Shown: piece by piece, positions 19,423 to 28,949 of the stretch
Position numbering within the stretch: position 1 is the stretch's first letter
Layout: the number at the start of each line of letters is the position of its first letter
Assembly (NCBI GenBank): GCA_964461035.1
Contig: CAYWRI010000004.1
Location: 342 to 47,943 of the forward strand
Direction: 5' to 3'
Origin: an uncultured Methanosarcinales archaeon
Lineage (GTDB): Archaea; Nanobdellota; Nanobdellia; Woesearchaeales; CAYZNE01
Length of the DNA stretch: 47,602 nt
Program-made: the position numbers and the translations under genes
Notes under the pieces: model-generated
Database searches by the model: none
Told to the model about the DNA's origin: nothing
The model's input: only the letters and a program-made list of their open reading frames with translations

Positions 19423-20034
19423 CTAATCAGTTTTTTTGTCTTCAGTTGATTCTTTAGAAGTAGAGTCTTTTTTTACAGGGTCTTTAGAAGGTTTAGGTTC
19501 TTCTTTTTTCTCTTCAACTTTAGCATCAGATTTTACATCAATTTTAGCATCAACAGTTTTTTCAACAACTTTTGGTTCTGAAGGTTTTTCTTCAACTTCA
19601 ACTTTTTTGGAAGAAATATATTTCTTAATAGTATCATCTTTTTTAGCTGGTGAAGATTCTTCAACTTTATCCTTTTTAACTATTGTTTTTTCAGGACCGC
19701 CAATTTTACTCATGATTCTATCTTTAATGGATTCTTTTTTCTCTTCCTTTTTACCATCAATATATTTATGTCCAAATAGTTCTGCTTTTACAATGCCTTC
19801 TTTATCCTTGATAACATCAACTTTTATATGATGTGGTGGATTTTTCATACCATGTTTCCACACATCTTCATTAAGTTGTTTACCTAATCTAATATCTTCA
19901 GATTTCATATGTTTCTTTAGAAAGTCTTTAACCACTCTGATACAGACTTTTGCTCTTTTATGTTTAGCCTTAAATCTAAAACCGGATCTAAGAGGAATAT
20001 TATATGTTCTTTTGATTTCTTTTTCTTCTGTCAT
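19423..20034 (-). CDS. rpl31e: 50S ribosomal protein L31e with long charged C-terminal extension
   Basis: RTYNIPLR...KRAK...FLKKHMK...LNEDVWKHG..NPP; about 110 extra K/E/D/S-rich residues. Confidence 0.95.
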   Translation of the reverse strand: MTEEKEIKRTYNIPLRSGFRFKAKHKRAKVCIRVVKDFLKKHMKSEDIRLGKQLNEDVWKHGMKNPPHHIKVDVIKDKEGIVKAELFGHKYIDGKKEEKKESIKDRIMSKIGGPEKTIVKKDKVEESSPAKKDDTIKKYISSKKVEVEEKPSEPKVVEKTVDAKIDVKSDAKVEEKKEEPKPSKDPVKKDSTSKESTEDKKTD

Positions 20035-20042
20035 AATATCAC

Positions 20043-20216
20043 CTATACTTTAGTACTTCCTCTTCTCCAAGTTCTTTTTATATGAGTGTGTCTTCCAGGA
20101 TGAACTCTTCTTCCAATACCGTATTTCTTTGCAACAGTCCATACAGGTGCCCATCTTGTTTGTTTACCTTTTTTTATAAGTCTTAGTTTTTTTGCAATAT
20201 GTTTGAATGTAGCCAT
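20043..20216 (-). CDS. rpl39e: 50S ribosomal protein L39e (missed by ORF track)
   Basis: MATFKHIAKKLRLIKKGKQTRWAPVWTVAKKYGIGRRVHPGRHTHIKRTWRRGSTKV*; canonical position between rps19e and rpl31e. Confidence 0.93.
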   Translation of the reverse strand: MATFKHIAKKLRLIKKGKQTRWAPVWTVAKKYGIGRRVHPGRHTHIKRTWRRGSTKV

Positions 20217-20227
20217 TTTGAGTTCCT

Positions 20228-20641
20228 CTATTTCTTCATTTCCTTTACTGTTCCGTAAAGTAATTTTCTTCCATCTCCAGTTATAAGTCTGCCTTTGTGA
20301 ACTCCCTTATTGCCCTTTTCTACTAATTTTGCATCTTCAAGTTGTTGTAGAATAGTTCTAATTATCTTTCCAGAACCTTTAAATGTGTGTTCAGGTTTCA
20401 TTCCCCTATTTTTTCTACCACCATATTTAGTTCTTAATTTAGAAACGCCGATAGGTCCTTTATTTTCTACGGCTCTTAATATTGATGAGGCACGCATGTA
20501 CCACCAATCTTCATCTAAAGGAGGTCGTTCTTTATTCACTCCAGTTTTAATAAAATTCGCCCAATGTGGCTTATCTATAATAGATTTTAGCTTTTCAGCA
20601 ACTTTAATTATTAATTCATTTGTGTCTTCATAATCAATCAT
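20228..20641 (-). CDS. rps19e: 30S ribosomal protein S19e
   Basis: PHWANFIKTG..KERPP...WWYMRASSILR...YGG...GSGKIIRTILQQLE. Confidence 0.97.
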   Translation of the reverse strand: MIDYEDTNELIIKVAEKLKSIIDKPHWANFIKTGVNKERPPLDEDWWYMRASSILRAVENKGPIGVSKLRTKYGGRKNRGMKPEHTFKGSGKIIRTILQQLEDAKLVEKGNKGVHKGRLITGDGRKLLYGTVKEMKK

Positions 20642-20864
20642 TTATTTCACCTTTTGCTTTCATATTCCCAAAGCCATACTTTAGAATACTCCCAAGTATG
20701 TGTGTTATCAACTCGAGAACCCCATTTTATTTATAAAGTTATTGTGTGTCTTTTCTCCTGTTTGATATTATTATCTCTTTTTCTTGTTTAATTTCAAAAC
20801 AAAGATATATAAACAATGGAAGACTCCTTTAATTTAGTTTTTTTCAACAAATAATATTAATGAG

Positions 20865-21074
20865 TTGATAAATGTGGTCGAAGGAAATTATTCAATAACT
20901 AATTTAGATGTTTCATCAACATATTTTCCCGGTGCAGGGTTTATATGTGAACAAGTTAATCTCTTTCATGATTTGTTAGGTTCTTCAGAAGATATAATAC
21001 CTATTAGAGATACTTATTTAAAATCATTTGATATATATATCAAAAAAATTATAAATAAACTCTTTTTCCGATAA
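20865..21074 (+). CDS. Possible small hypothetical protein or gene remnant
   Basis: 69-codon TTG-start ORF filling an intergenic gap; no motif. Confidence 0.3.
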   Translation: MINVVEGNYSITNLDVSSTYFPGAGFICEQVNLFHDLLGSSEDIIPIRDTYLKSFDIYIKKIINKLFFR

Positions 21075-21131
21075 TATCTGATGCATTATTCAATATTAAC
21101 TGTGGTAAATAAAATTATAGAGTTAAATAAA

Positions 21132-22193
21132 ATGGTAAAAAAAAATAATAAAAAAAACAGAGTTCTAGTAACTGGCGGTTCAGGTTTTTTAGGAATAAAT
21201 TTAGTAAGATATCTTTACAAAAAAAATTATGATATAACTGTAATTGATAGAGTTGCTTTTACATATAAAGATATGAACGATAAAATAAGATTTGTTAAAG
21301 GAGATATTAGAAATAAAACCGCTCTTGAAACTGCAATGAAAGATGTTGATATTGTTGTTCATACAGCCGCAGCACTTCCACTTTACAAAAAAGAAGAAAT
21401 ATTTTCAACAGATATAAAAGGAACAAAAAATGTTATGGAAATTGCTAAAAAAGTAGGAATAAAGAAAGTTATTCACATATCATCTACTGCAGTTTATGGA
21501 ATTCCTGATCATCATCCACTTTATGAAACAGACAAAATGATTGGTGTTGGTCCTTATGGTATAGCAAAAGTTAAAGCTGAAAAAGTCTGTGAACTTTTCA
21601 GAGAAAAAGGAATGATAATTCCAGTTATAAGACCAAAATCATTTATGGGTCCTGAACGACTTGGTGTGATGGGTGTTTTCTATGATTGGATTGTAAGAAA
21701 TAAGAATATTCCTTTAATTGGTAATGGTAAAAATAAATATCAACTATTGCATGTTTTAGATTTATGCGATGTCATTTATCTGACTATGACTTTACCTGAT
21801 AAGAAAGTCAATACCACATTCAATATTGGTGCTAAAGAATTTGGAACAATGGCTTCTGATGTTTCTGCTGTTCTAAAACATGCAAATAATGGAAAAAGAG
21901 TTATTCCATTTCCTGCAAAACCTTTAATTGCTATTTTAAGAGTTTTAGAGTTTTTTCATATTTCTCCTCTATACAAATGGGTTTATGAAACAGCTTGCGA
22001 AGATTCTTTTGTATCAATAGAAAAAGCAGAAAAGATTTTGGGATACAAACCAAAGTATTCTAATGCTGAGACTTTAATAGATAATTATGATTGGTATATG
22101 GCTCACAGAACAGAATTCGAAGGCAAAACAGGAGTCTCACACAGACTCCCCTGGAAACAAGGTGCATTAAAAATCGCTAGTTGGTTTTTTTAG
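21132..22193 (+). CDS. NAD-dependent epimerase/dehydratase (extended SDR)
   Basis: LVTGGSGFLG, HTAA, ISSTAVYG, YGIAK; start placed at ATG21132 (ORF track 21081). Confidence 0.92.
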   Translation: MVKKNNKKNRVLVTGGSGFLGINLVRYLYKKNYDITVIDRVAFTYKDMNDKIRFVKGDIRNKTALETAMKDVDIVVHTAAALPLYKKEEIFSTDIKGTKNVMEIAKKVGIKKVIHISSTAVYGIPDHHPLYETDKMIGVGPYGIAKVKAEKVCELFREKGMIIPVIRPKSFMGPERLGVMGVFYDWIVRNKNIPLIGNGKNKYQLLHVLDLCDVIYLTMTLPDKKVNTTFNIGAKEFGTMASDVSAVLKHANNGKRVIPFPAKPLIAILRVLEFFHISPLYKWVYETACEDSFVSIEKAEKILGYKPKYSNAETLIDNYDWYMAHRTEFEGKTGVSHRLPWKQGALKIASWFF

Positions 22194-22280
22194 TTTTTTT
22201 ATTCTATTAATCTAAATTTTATTGATGTCACCAATTAATTTATCAGCAAATATTTAAAGAAATAGTAATTAATATTTTTT

Positions 22281-24053
22281 ATGATTAAAAAGCAGAATAA
22301 ACATAATAGTTCAGTAAAAAAAAATAAATTGGTGAAAAATAGTTTATCGGACACAGATAATTACCAAGAATACATGAAAGATGTAATTTCTTTTATAGAA
22401 AAAAATAAACCTCTAAAATCAGAACTTAACAGATATAAGATAAAATTATGTTCTAAATATCACATTAAACAAATGCCTAATGATATTCACATAATGATGA
22501 ATGCACCACTAAAAAAACTTCCAAAGATAAAAGAATATCTAAGTATAAAACCAACAAGATCCGGAAGTGGAGTTACGGTTGTTGCTATAATGACAAAACC
22601 TTTAGCTTGTCCAGGAAAATGTATTTATTGTCCTGGGGGAGTAAATAGCGTATATGGTGACACTCCAAAATCTTATACCGGAAAAGAGCCTGCTGCAAGA
22701 AGGGCTCAAAGAAATCATTTTGATCCTTATCTTCAAGTTTTTAATAGATTAGAACATTACATAGTTTCTGGCAATGTTCCTGACAAAGTAGAATTAATAA
22801 TTATGGGTGCAACTTTTCCAGCATTTAATAAAGATTATCAAAATGAATTTATTTATTTTGCATTTAAGGCAATGAATGATTTTTCAAAACTATTTTATAA
22901 TAAAGAAAATATTATTAATCTAAAAAAGTTCAAAGAGTTCTTTCAGCTTCCAGCAGATATGAATGATGTTGAAAGAACAGAGCAAATTCATTCTAAACTT
23001 TTGAAACTGAAAAATAAAAATATTAAAACTTTGACACAAGAACAAATAGAGAATCAATCTGTAAAAATAAAATGTGTTGGTCTTACAATAGAAACAAGAC
23101 CTGACTATGCTAATTTAGAAATTGCAAAATATCTTTTAGAGTTAGGAACAACAAGAATAGAACTCGGAATACAGAGCACATATGAATCTGTTCTTAAAAA
23201 TGTTCAGCGTGGTCATACTGTGAAGCAAAGTAAAGAAGCAATTGCACTTCTCAAAGATTTAGGATTTAAATTAAACTTTCATATAATGCCTGGTCTTCCA
23301 GGTGTTGATGAGAAAAAAGACTTAGCAGGATTCAAAAAATTATTCTCAGATCAATCATTCAGACCTGACATGTTAAAAATATATCCTTGCATGGTTATGC
23401 AAGGGACAAAATTATCTGATTTATACAAAAAAGGAAAATTCAAACCATTAACAACTGCAAAAGCCGCATCATTAATTGCAGAATTCAAAAAATATGTTCC
23501 TCGTTACACAAGAATTATGAGAGTTCAGAGAGACATTCCATCAAACATTGTTTTTGCAGGAGTTGATAAAACAAATCTTAGACAATATGTTTCCAAAGAA
23601 CTTGAAAAAAAGAAAATAAAATGTAATTGTATACGATGTAGAGAAATAAAAAAAACAGTAATATCTGAACCAAAACTTAATATATTCAGATATAATTCTA
23701 GTAATGGTGTAGAATTTTTTATAAGTATTGATGATGCAAAAACAGACAAGATAATAGGATTCTGCAGATTAAGATTTCCATCTAAGCAATTAATAAAAGA
23801 AATAACTTCTAAAACTGCGTTAATACGAGAATTACATGTTTATGGAACAACTCTTGCAATACATCAACATCAATCATCTGAAAAAATAGTTCAACATAAA
23901 GGGTTTGGAACATTGCTTTTGAAAACAGCAGAATTAATTTGTCAAGAAAACAACTATAACAAACTCGTAATAATAAGTGGTGTCGGCGTTAGAGATTATT
24001 ATGCTAAATTTAATTACAAATTGGATGGACCTTACATGAGTAAGAAACTTTAA
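22281..24053 (+). CDS. elp3: tRNA uridine(34) acetyltransferase Elp3 (radical SAM + KAT)
   Basis: CPGKCIYCPGG, PKSYTG.EPA, IETRPD, LKIYP, RELHVYG, QHKGFG, ISGVGVR.YY. Confidence 0.96.
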   Translation: MIKKQNKHNSSVKKNKLVKNSLSDTDNYQEYMKDVISFIEKNKPLKSELNRYKIKLCSKYHIKQMPNDIHIMMNAPLKKLPKIKEYLSIKPTRSGSGVTVVAIMTKPLACPGKCIYCPGGVNSVYGDTPKSYTGKEPAARRAQRNHFDPYLQVFNRLEHYIVSGNVPDKVELIIMGATFPAFNKDYQNEFIYFAFKAMNDFSKLFYNKENIINLKKFKEFFQLPADMNDVERTEQIHSKLLKLKNKNIKTLTQEQIENQSVKIKCVGLTIETRPDYANLEIAKYLLELGTTRIELGIQSTYESVLKNVQRGHTVKQSKEAIALLKDLGFKLNFHIMPGLPGVDEKKDLAGFKKLFSDQSFRPDMLKIYPCMVMQGTKLSDLYKKGKFKPLTTAKAASLIAEFKKYVPRYTRIMRVQRDIPSNIVFAGVDKTNLRQYVSKELEKKKIKCNCIRCREIKKTVISEPKLNIFRYNSSNGVEFFISIDDAKTDKIIGFCRLRFPSKQLIKEITSKTALIRELHVYGTTLAIHQHQSSEKIVQHKGFGTLLLKTAELICQENNYNKLVIISGVGVRDYYAKFNYKLDGPYMSKKL

Positions 24054-24059
24054 TTCTAT

Positions 24060-24599
24060 TTATCTAACACTGTCCATTCCCATTGCAATCTTTAATTCAT
24101 TAGCCAAAGTTTGAGAAAGCGGATCTAAAAAACCAACTTCTTTCAAAAGAATTTCATTATATTTGATTATAATCAAAAGGTTATTTAACCAAGCATAAAA
24201 TTTTTCAGTTCTTGTTTTTGCGAGTTTAGAACTAGGATAACGATTTTTCCAATCAGTTATTAATTCAGGCATAATATCTATTTGAATTTTGCCTTGACCT
24301 TGAATTTGTTTTTTTCCATTTATCACAACTTCTTTTTCGTAATATCCCCAAAGATGAAAATCAACTTTTATCTCATATTTAAAATATTCATCTTTATAAT
24401 AAAATCCATACATGTTAATATCCATTGTGCTTCCTTCATATGCACAAGGTTTATCTTTATATCTATTTTCATGATACTCAAAATGATGTCTTCCAAACCA
24501 ATCTGCCACAACTTGATATACTTTTGCAAGATTAAACTTACCTGACAATTTAATCTGCATGCCTCTTGGTTCATAAATACCTAGTTTCTCTGCAACCAT
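24060..24599 (-). CDS. Hypothetical protein
   Basis: 179-aa ORF with upstream TATA-like box; aromatic-rich alpha/beta pattern. Confidence 0.7.
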   Translation of the reverse strand: MVAEKLGIYEPRGMQIKLSGKFNLAKVYQVVADWFGRHHFEYHENRYKDKPCAYEGSTMDINMYGFYYKDEYFKYEIKVDFHLWGYYEKEVVINGKKQIQGQGKIQIDIMPELITDWKNRYPSSKLAKTRTEKFYAWLNNLLIIIKYNEILLKEVGFLDPLSQTLANELKIAMGMDSVR

Positions 24600-24702
24600 A
24601 ATATGTTATTTGTTAACTCTTTTTTTAAAGTTTGTTATTCATGTGCTTTAAGATGCCTGATAATACTAAAATATATAAATGAATTCGTTTTATACTTTAA
24701 TT

Positions 24703-25677
24703 ATGGATAAAGAAGCTAATAGTATGTGGACAGAAAAGTATCGACCAAAGAGTTTTGCAGAAGTAAAAGGTCAAGAAGAAGTTGTTAAACGAGTTAAAGC
24801 ATTTGTTGAAAAGAAAAACATGCCTCATTTAATGTTTGCAGGTCCTGCAGGAGTTGGAAAAACAACTTTGGCACTTGTCATTGCAAGAGAGCTTTTTGGT
24901 GAAGATTGGAGAGATAATGTTCTAGAATTAAACGCTTCAGATGAAAGAGGAATTGATGTAGTTCGAGTAAAAGTAAAAAATTTTGCAAGAACCCGTGCAA
25001 TTGGCTCAGCGCCATTTAAATTAATTTATTTAGATGAGTGTGATGCTCTAACAAAGGAAGCTCAACAAGCACTGAGAAGAACAATGGAAAACTACACTCA
25101 GAATTGCAGATTCATACTTTCTTGTAATTATTCATCCAAAATACTTGATCCAATACAATCAAGATGTGCAATGTTTAGATTTAAGCTTCTTGCAAAAGAA
25201 CAAGTAAAAGATCTTATTGATAAAATTGCTAAAACAGAAAAAGTAGAAATAACTTCCTCAGGATTTGATGCGCTTTATGAAGCATCGGGTGGAGATGTAA
25301 GACGAATTGAAAATATATTTCAGAGTTGTGCATCTGTATCAAATAAAATAGATGATGATCTTGTTTTTAAAGTCGCTAGTGTTGCAAAACCTAAAGAAAT
25401 ATTAACAATTTTAGAACATGCAGTAAAAGCAGAATTCATAGAAGCAAAAAAACTTTTAATCAATACTATGTTAGAATATGGTTTATCAGGAATTGATGTA
25501 ATAAAACAAATACAGCAAAAAGTTTGGGACATTTCATCTGAATTAGCAACAGATAAACAAAAACTTGAAATAATAAAACTCTGCGGAGATATAGAATTCA
25601 GACTTGTTGAAGGAAGTGATTCATACATACAGCTTGAAGCATTACTTGCAAAAATTGGGGCTGTTTGTGAAAAATAG
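24703..25677 (+). CDS. rfcS: Replication factor C small subunit
   Basis: WTEKYRP, GPAGVGKTT, ELNASDERGIDVVR, LDECD, SRC; start placed at ATG24703, about 30 nt after the TATA box. Confidence 0.97.
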   Translation: MDKEANSMWTEKYRPKSFAEVKGQEEVVKRVKAFVEKKNMPHLMFAGPAGVGKTTLALVIARELFGEDWRDNVLELNASDERGIDVVRVKVKNFARTRAIGSAPFKLIYLDECDALTKEAQQALRRTMENYTQNCRFILSCNYSSKILDPIQSRCAMFRFKLLAKEQVKDLIDKIAKTEKVEITSSGFDALYEASGGDVRRIENIFQSCASVSNKIDDDLVFKVASVAKPKEILTILEHAVKAEFIEAKKLLINTMLEYGLSGIDVIKQIQQKVWDISSELATDKQKLEIIKLCGDIEFRLVEGSDSYIQLEALLAKIGAVCEK

Positions 25678-25722
25678 TTTATATTTTTTTTAATTCATAA
25701 AATATGATGATTAGGTGATAAA

Positions 25723-25938
25723 ATGGGATTATTGAGTTGTATAAAGAAAATTTGGAATGTGTATTTTTCAATCGGTTTAGATGAAGACAGTTCTGATTTT
25801 GATACTAAATATGGATTCGAGTCTTATTTAAATCGGGATTTATCTGATAAATTTATTCTTCTAGATAATAAATTGGGTAGTCACATTCCTTCAGTTTCAT
25901 CATTTTCTCACTTAGATGTCTTTGAACACTATCGTTGA
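25723..25938 (+). CDS. Small hypothetical protein
   Basis: AGGTGA SD 4 nt before the ATG; 71 aa. Confidence 0.5.
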   Translation: MGLLSCIKKIWNVYFSIGLDEDSSDFDTKYGFESYLNRDLSDKFILLDNKLGSHIPSVSSFSHLDVFEHYR

Positions 25939-26036
25939 ATTGTGTGAATAAATATTATTAATTTGTTTTTATTGTTGTTTTATTACACCATTTTAGAGTA
26001 ATAACGTTTATAAATGAATTATTATTTCTTATTTCA

Positions 26037-26858
26037 ATGCCGACACCTAAAACACACATGTATTTAATATTTCAGATTTTTTGTGAAAATATAAATTTAA
26101 ATTTATTCAAAAAATTAAACTTAGATTATGTTTATCAAGGTGCAGCATTTCCAGATATAACCCACGTTCTTAAACATGATTCAGATAATTTTGATTTACA
26201 TCAAGATATAAATTTCGGAAAAAAATTAGTAGAAAAATCTCATTCAATAGAAGAAAGGTCGTTTGCAGTAGGTTACTTAAGTCATTTAATTATTGATGAA
26301 TACCTTCATAATACTTTAAGAGAGCTTAAAATAGAAAAACTCGATCACTTGTTTTTAGAATATTTTTTAGAAAGTAAAATAAAATTCAATAAATTAATAC
26401 CTCTTCATAAATTTCCAAAAAAACTTTTTCAAGAAACATTAGCAGAAGCTCAAAAAGACTTCCAACCCAATTATTCTATTTTAACTCTTGTAGAATATTC
26501 TTTTAAGATCTATTGTTTACAACAATATATTCAACGGAAATTTTCAATACCTGTTTCTGAACCACCTTCTGAATCAAAGTCATTAGATGATGTTTTTAAC
26601 GATAAAAGTCTAAATAAAACTTTGCAATTCAATCTTTATTCTTTTTTCAAACAACAAACCAGAGATTTTGTAGAAAATCAAATGATAAAACATTTTGAAT
26701 ACAATTCTAAAAGTGAATTTAAGACAGATTCTAAAAGAATAAAATCTCTTGATTTTTCCTGGTCTAATGAAGAAATTCAAACAATAGAAAATAGTATAGA
26801 CTCAGCTAAAAAAGAAGTTATAGCATATCTTATTGATTTAAATCAGAAAACAATTTAG
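26037..26858 (+). CDS. Zinc-dependent phospholipase C-family (Zn_dep_PLPC-like) protein
   Basis: MP...TH, GAAFPD, LH, GYLSHLIIDEYLH, H..LE motifs. Confidence 0.8.
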   Translation: MPTPKTHMYLIFQIFCENINLNLFKKLNLDYVYQGAAFPDITHVLKHDSDNFDLHQDINFGKKLVEKSHSIEERSFAVGYLSHLIIDEYLHNTLRELKIEKLDHLFLEYFLESKIKFNKLIPLHKFPKKLFQETLAEAQKDFQPNYSILTLVEYSFKIYCLQQYIQRKFSIPVSEPPSESKSLDDVFNDKSLNKTLQFNLYSFFKQQTRDFVENQMIKHFEYNSKSEFKTDSKRIKSLDFSWSNEEIQTIENSIDSAKKEVIAYLIDLNQKTI

Positions 26859-27934
26859 TGATTACGATTTAACATAAATTCTGCAAAAGCTTCAAAAAAT
26901 TCTGTATCAATATCTAAATTTGCTAAATACTTTTTGGCCTGAATAATTAAATTAGTTGCATAACTTTTACAATAATTTAATGCACCACATTCTTCTATTA
27001 TTTTTGCAACTTTTTCTATTTCTTCTTTTGAAGCAGTTTTATTTCCTAAAGTTTTTATCAAAATTTTTTTATCTTTTTCAGAGCACAATTCTTTTGCTTT
27101 AATTATTAACAAAGTGTTTTTACCTTCTCTAATATCTGCACCCGAACTATTTCCTTTTGATTCAGAAGAATAAATATCCATAATATCATCATGAATCTGA
27201 AATGCTGGAGCCATTGTTTCTGCAAATTTTACAAGTTTATTTATTTGATCTTCAGTAGCATCAGCAAGTATTGCGCCAAACTTTATTGCAGAAACAAATA
27301 AGTAAGCAGTTTTAAGAAATATCATATTTAAATATTGCTCTTCTGAAATATTTTTATGAGTATAATCAACATCAAGAAGTTGACCTTTACCAACATGTTC
27401 ATTGGTTTCGTAATAAATTTTTAGTAATTTTAGCTTTTTATCATTAGAAATATCAGATTCAAGAATTGTATTAATACCTAACATACTTAAAATATCTCCT
27501 GTAACTAATGCTTGTGAAACAATGTATTGTGCTTTTTTATCTTTAAAAAATAATTTTCCTTCAGTTTCAAAATATTCTTTATTTAGTGAATCTGTACAAT
27601 AAGTATTGAAAAAAGAATTCATATTATCTGAATTTCTCCTAGTAAAATCTTCATCAATAATATCATCATGTATGAGTGTGTAATTATGAAATAATTCTAA
27701 TGACTGAGCTATTCTAATTATATCTTTATCATATTCTTTTTTTATAGATTTATATGTTGCAAGAATAAGTGCAGGTCGAAGTCGTTTACCACCTGTAAAA
27801 ATAAAGTCTTTTAAAAAATTATAAACCTGTTTTAAGAATTTATCTTCTTCTTGATTAATTTTCCCTTGAAATAATTGTTCTAATTCAATATTAATTTCTT
27901 GTTTAAATATTTTAAGCTGTTCTAAAAACTCCAT
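26855..27934 (-). CDS. Polyprenyl (GGPP-type) diphosphate synthase
   Basis: GGKRLRP, FARM HDDIIDEDFTRR, GQLLD, KTA, SARM FQIHDDIMD, DIREGK. Confidence 0.94.
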   Translation of the reverse strand: MEFLEQLKIFKQEINIELEQLFQGKINQEEDKFLKQVYNFLKDFIFTGGKRLRPALILATYKSIKKEYDKDIIRIAQSLELFHNYTLIHDDIIDEDFTRRNSDNMNSFFNTYCTDSLNKEYFETEGKLFFKDKKAQYIVSQALVTGDILSMLGINTILESDISNDKKLKLLKIYYETNEHVGKGQLLDVDYTHKNISEEQYLNMIFLKTAYLFVSAIKFGAILADATEDQINKLVKFAETMAPAFQIHDDIMDIYSSESKGNSSGADIREGKNTLLIIKAKELCSEKDKKILIKTLGNKTASKEEIEKVAKIIEECGALNYCKSYATNLIIQAKKYLANLDIDTEFFEAFAEFMLNRNH

Positions 27935-28058
27935 AAAATAAGCAGAATATTTATTCTTTATAAATTATATGGATTTAATTTTATTAACTATTTAAAGTTC
28001 TCCTCTTAAAGAACAATCAATAACATTTTTAAATGAATATCTTTTCTCAAGTTTCATT

Positions 28059-28142
28059 GCCTCCGTAGCTTAGTGGTGGAGCGTGCGGCTGTTAAAGCTT
28101 ATTGAAACCGCAAGGTCACCAGTTCAAACCTGGTCGGAGGCG
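28059..28142 (+). tRNA. tRNA-Asn(GTT) with 12-nt intron at position 37/38 (28095-28106)
   Basis: Acceptor GCCTCCG/CGGAGGC, anticodon arm TGCGG-CT-GTT-A[AAGCTTATTGAA]A-CCGCA, T arm ACCAG-TTCAAAC-CTGGT. Confidence 0.92.
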
Positions 28143-28152
28143 TTTTTATCTT

Positions 28153-28226
28153 GGCCCTGTAGCTTAGTCTGGTAGAGTGCTCGACTGATAATCGAGTGGT
28201 CCCGTGTTCAAATCACGGCAGGGCCA
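28153..28226 (+). tRNA. tRNA-Ile(GAT)
   Basis: Acceptor GGCCCTG/CAGGGCC, anticodon arm CTCGA-CT-GAT-AA-TCGAG, T arm CCGTG-TTCAAAT-CACGG. Confidence 0.96.
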
Positions 28227-28237
28227 TACCTATAATA

Positions 28238-28948
28238 CTATTTCTTCATGTAATATGCTCGTTTATCAGAATCAAACTTTTCTATTGCATATCTCAAGCA
28301 AGTTCTAGGCATTGTTTCATGGTATTTTTCAAGAAATCTTTCTTCAACAGCCTGATCTTTTTTACCTATTTCTCTAAGCATCCAACCAACAGCTTTATGT
28401 ATTAAATCATGTTTATCATAAAGCAGAATTCTTGCAATTTTAAGAGCATCTAAAAATTCATTATCCTTTATAAATGCAAAACAAGATAGTATGGCTATTC
28501 TCTTTTTCCAAAGATGTTTAGTTTTGGCAAACGTATACAGAATATCTTTATTTTTATTTTTTAAATATTTTCCAACTATGTTTGGGGCGGTTAAATCCAC
28601 AAGATCCCAATTATTTATATTATCTGCATTTCTAATATAAATATCAAATACTTTTTCCTGTTCTTCAGAATTTTTTTTATTATTTTTGAATTTAACTTCA
28701 AGTATTAATAATGCAATCAGTCTAAACTCATGTATTTTACTATTAAGCAATTCTTCTATTGTTTCGTAATCCGCAGTTTTTGCAAATTTTTTACTTATTG
28801 CTCTGGATTCGGGATTTCTAAGACCTATGAATTTATCATTTTCACCATACTCGCCTTTTCCTGTTTTGAAATATCTTTGTGAATGTTGTGCATATTCTTT
28901 ATTTGCCTTAAGCATTATTTCTTTTTCTATATTTTTTAAAATATTCAT
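28238..28948 (-). CDS. DNA alkylation repair enzyme (AlkD-like)
   Basis: YFKTGKGEYGE.D.F.G, NNWDLVD, LW.KRIA, HDLIHKAVGWMLREIGK, MPRT.LRYAIEKF. Confidence 0.92.
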   Translation of the reverse strand: MNILKNIEKEIMLKANKEYAQHSQRYFKTGKGEYGENDKFIGLRNPESRAISKKFAKTADYETIEELLNSKIHEFRLIALLILEVKFKNNKKNSEEQEKVFDIYIRNADNINNWDLVDLTAPNIVGKYLKNKNKDILYTFAKTKHLWKKRIAILSCFAFIKDNEFLDALKIARILLYDKHDLIHKAVGWMLREIGKKDQAVEERFLEKYHETMPRTCLRYAIEKFDSDKRAYYMKK

Positions 28949-28949
28949 T

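Noticed and set aside
28059-28226. tRNA-anchored integrated element
   Set aside because: No integrase and no duplicated tRNA 3' end were found in the window.
28196-28405. 69-aa ORF starting in tRNA-Ile
   Set aside because: Overlaps the tRNA and is antisense to the AlkD-like gene.
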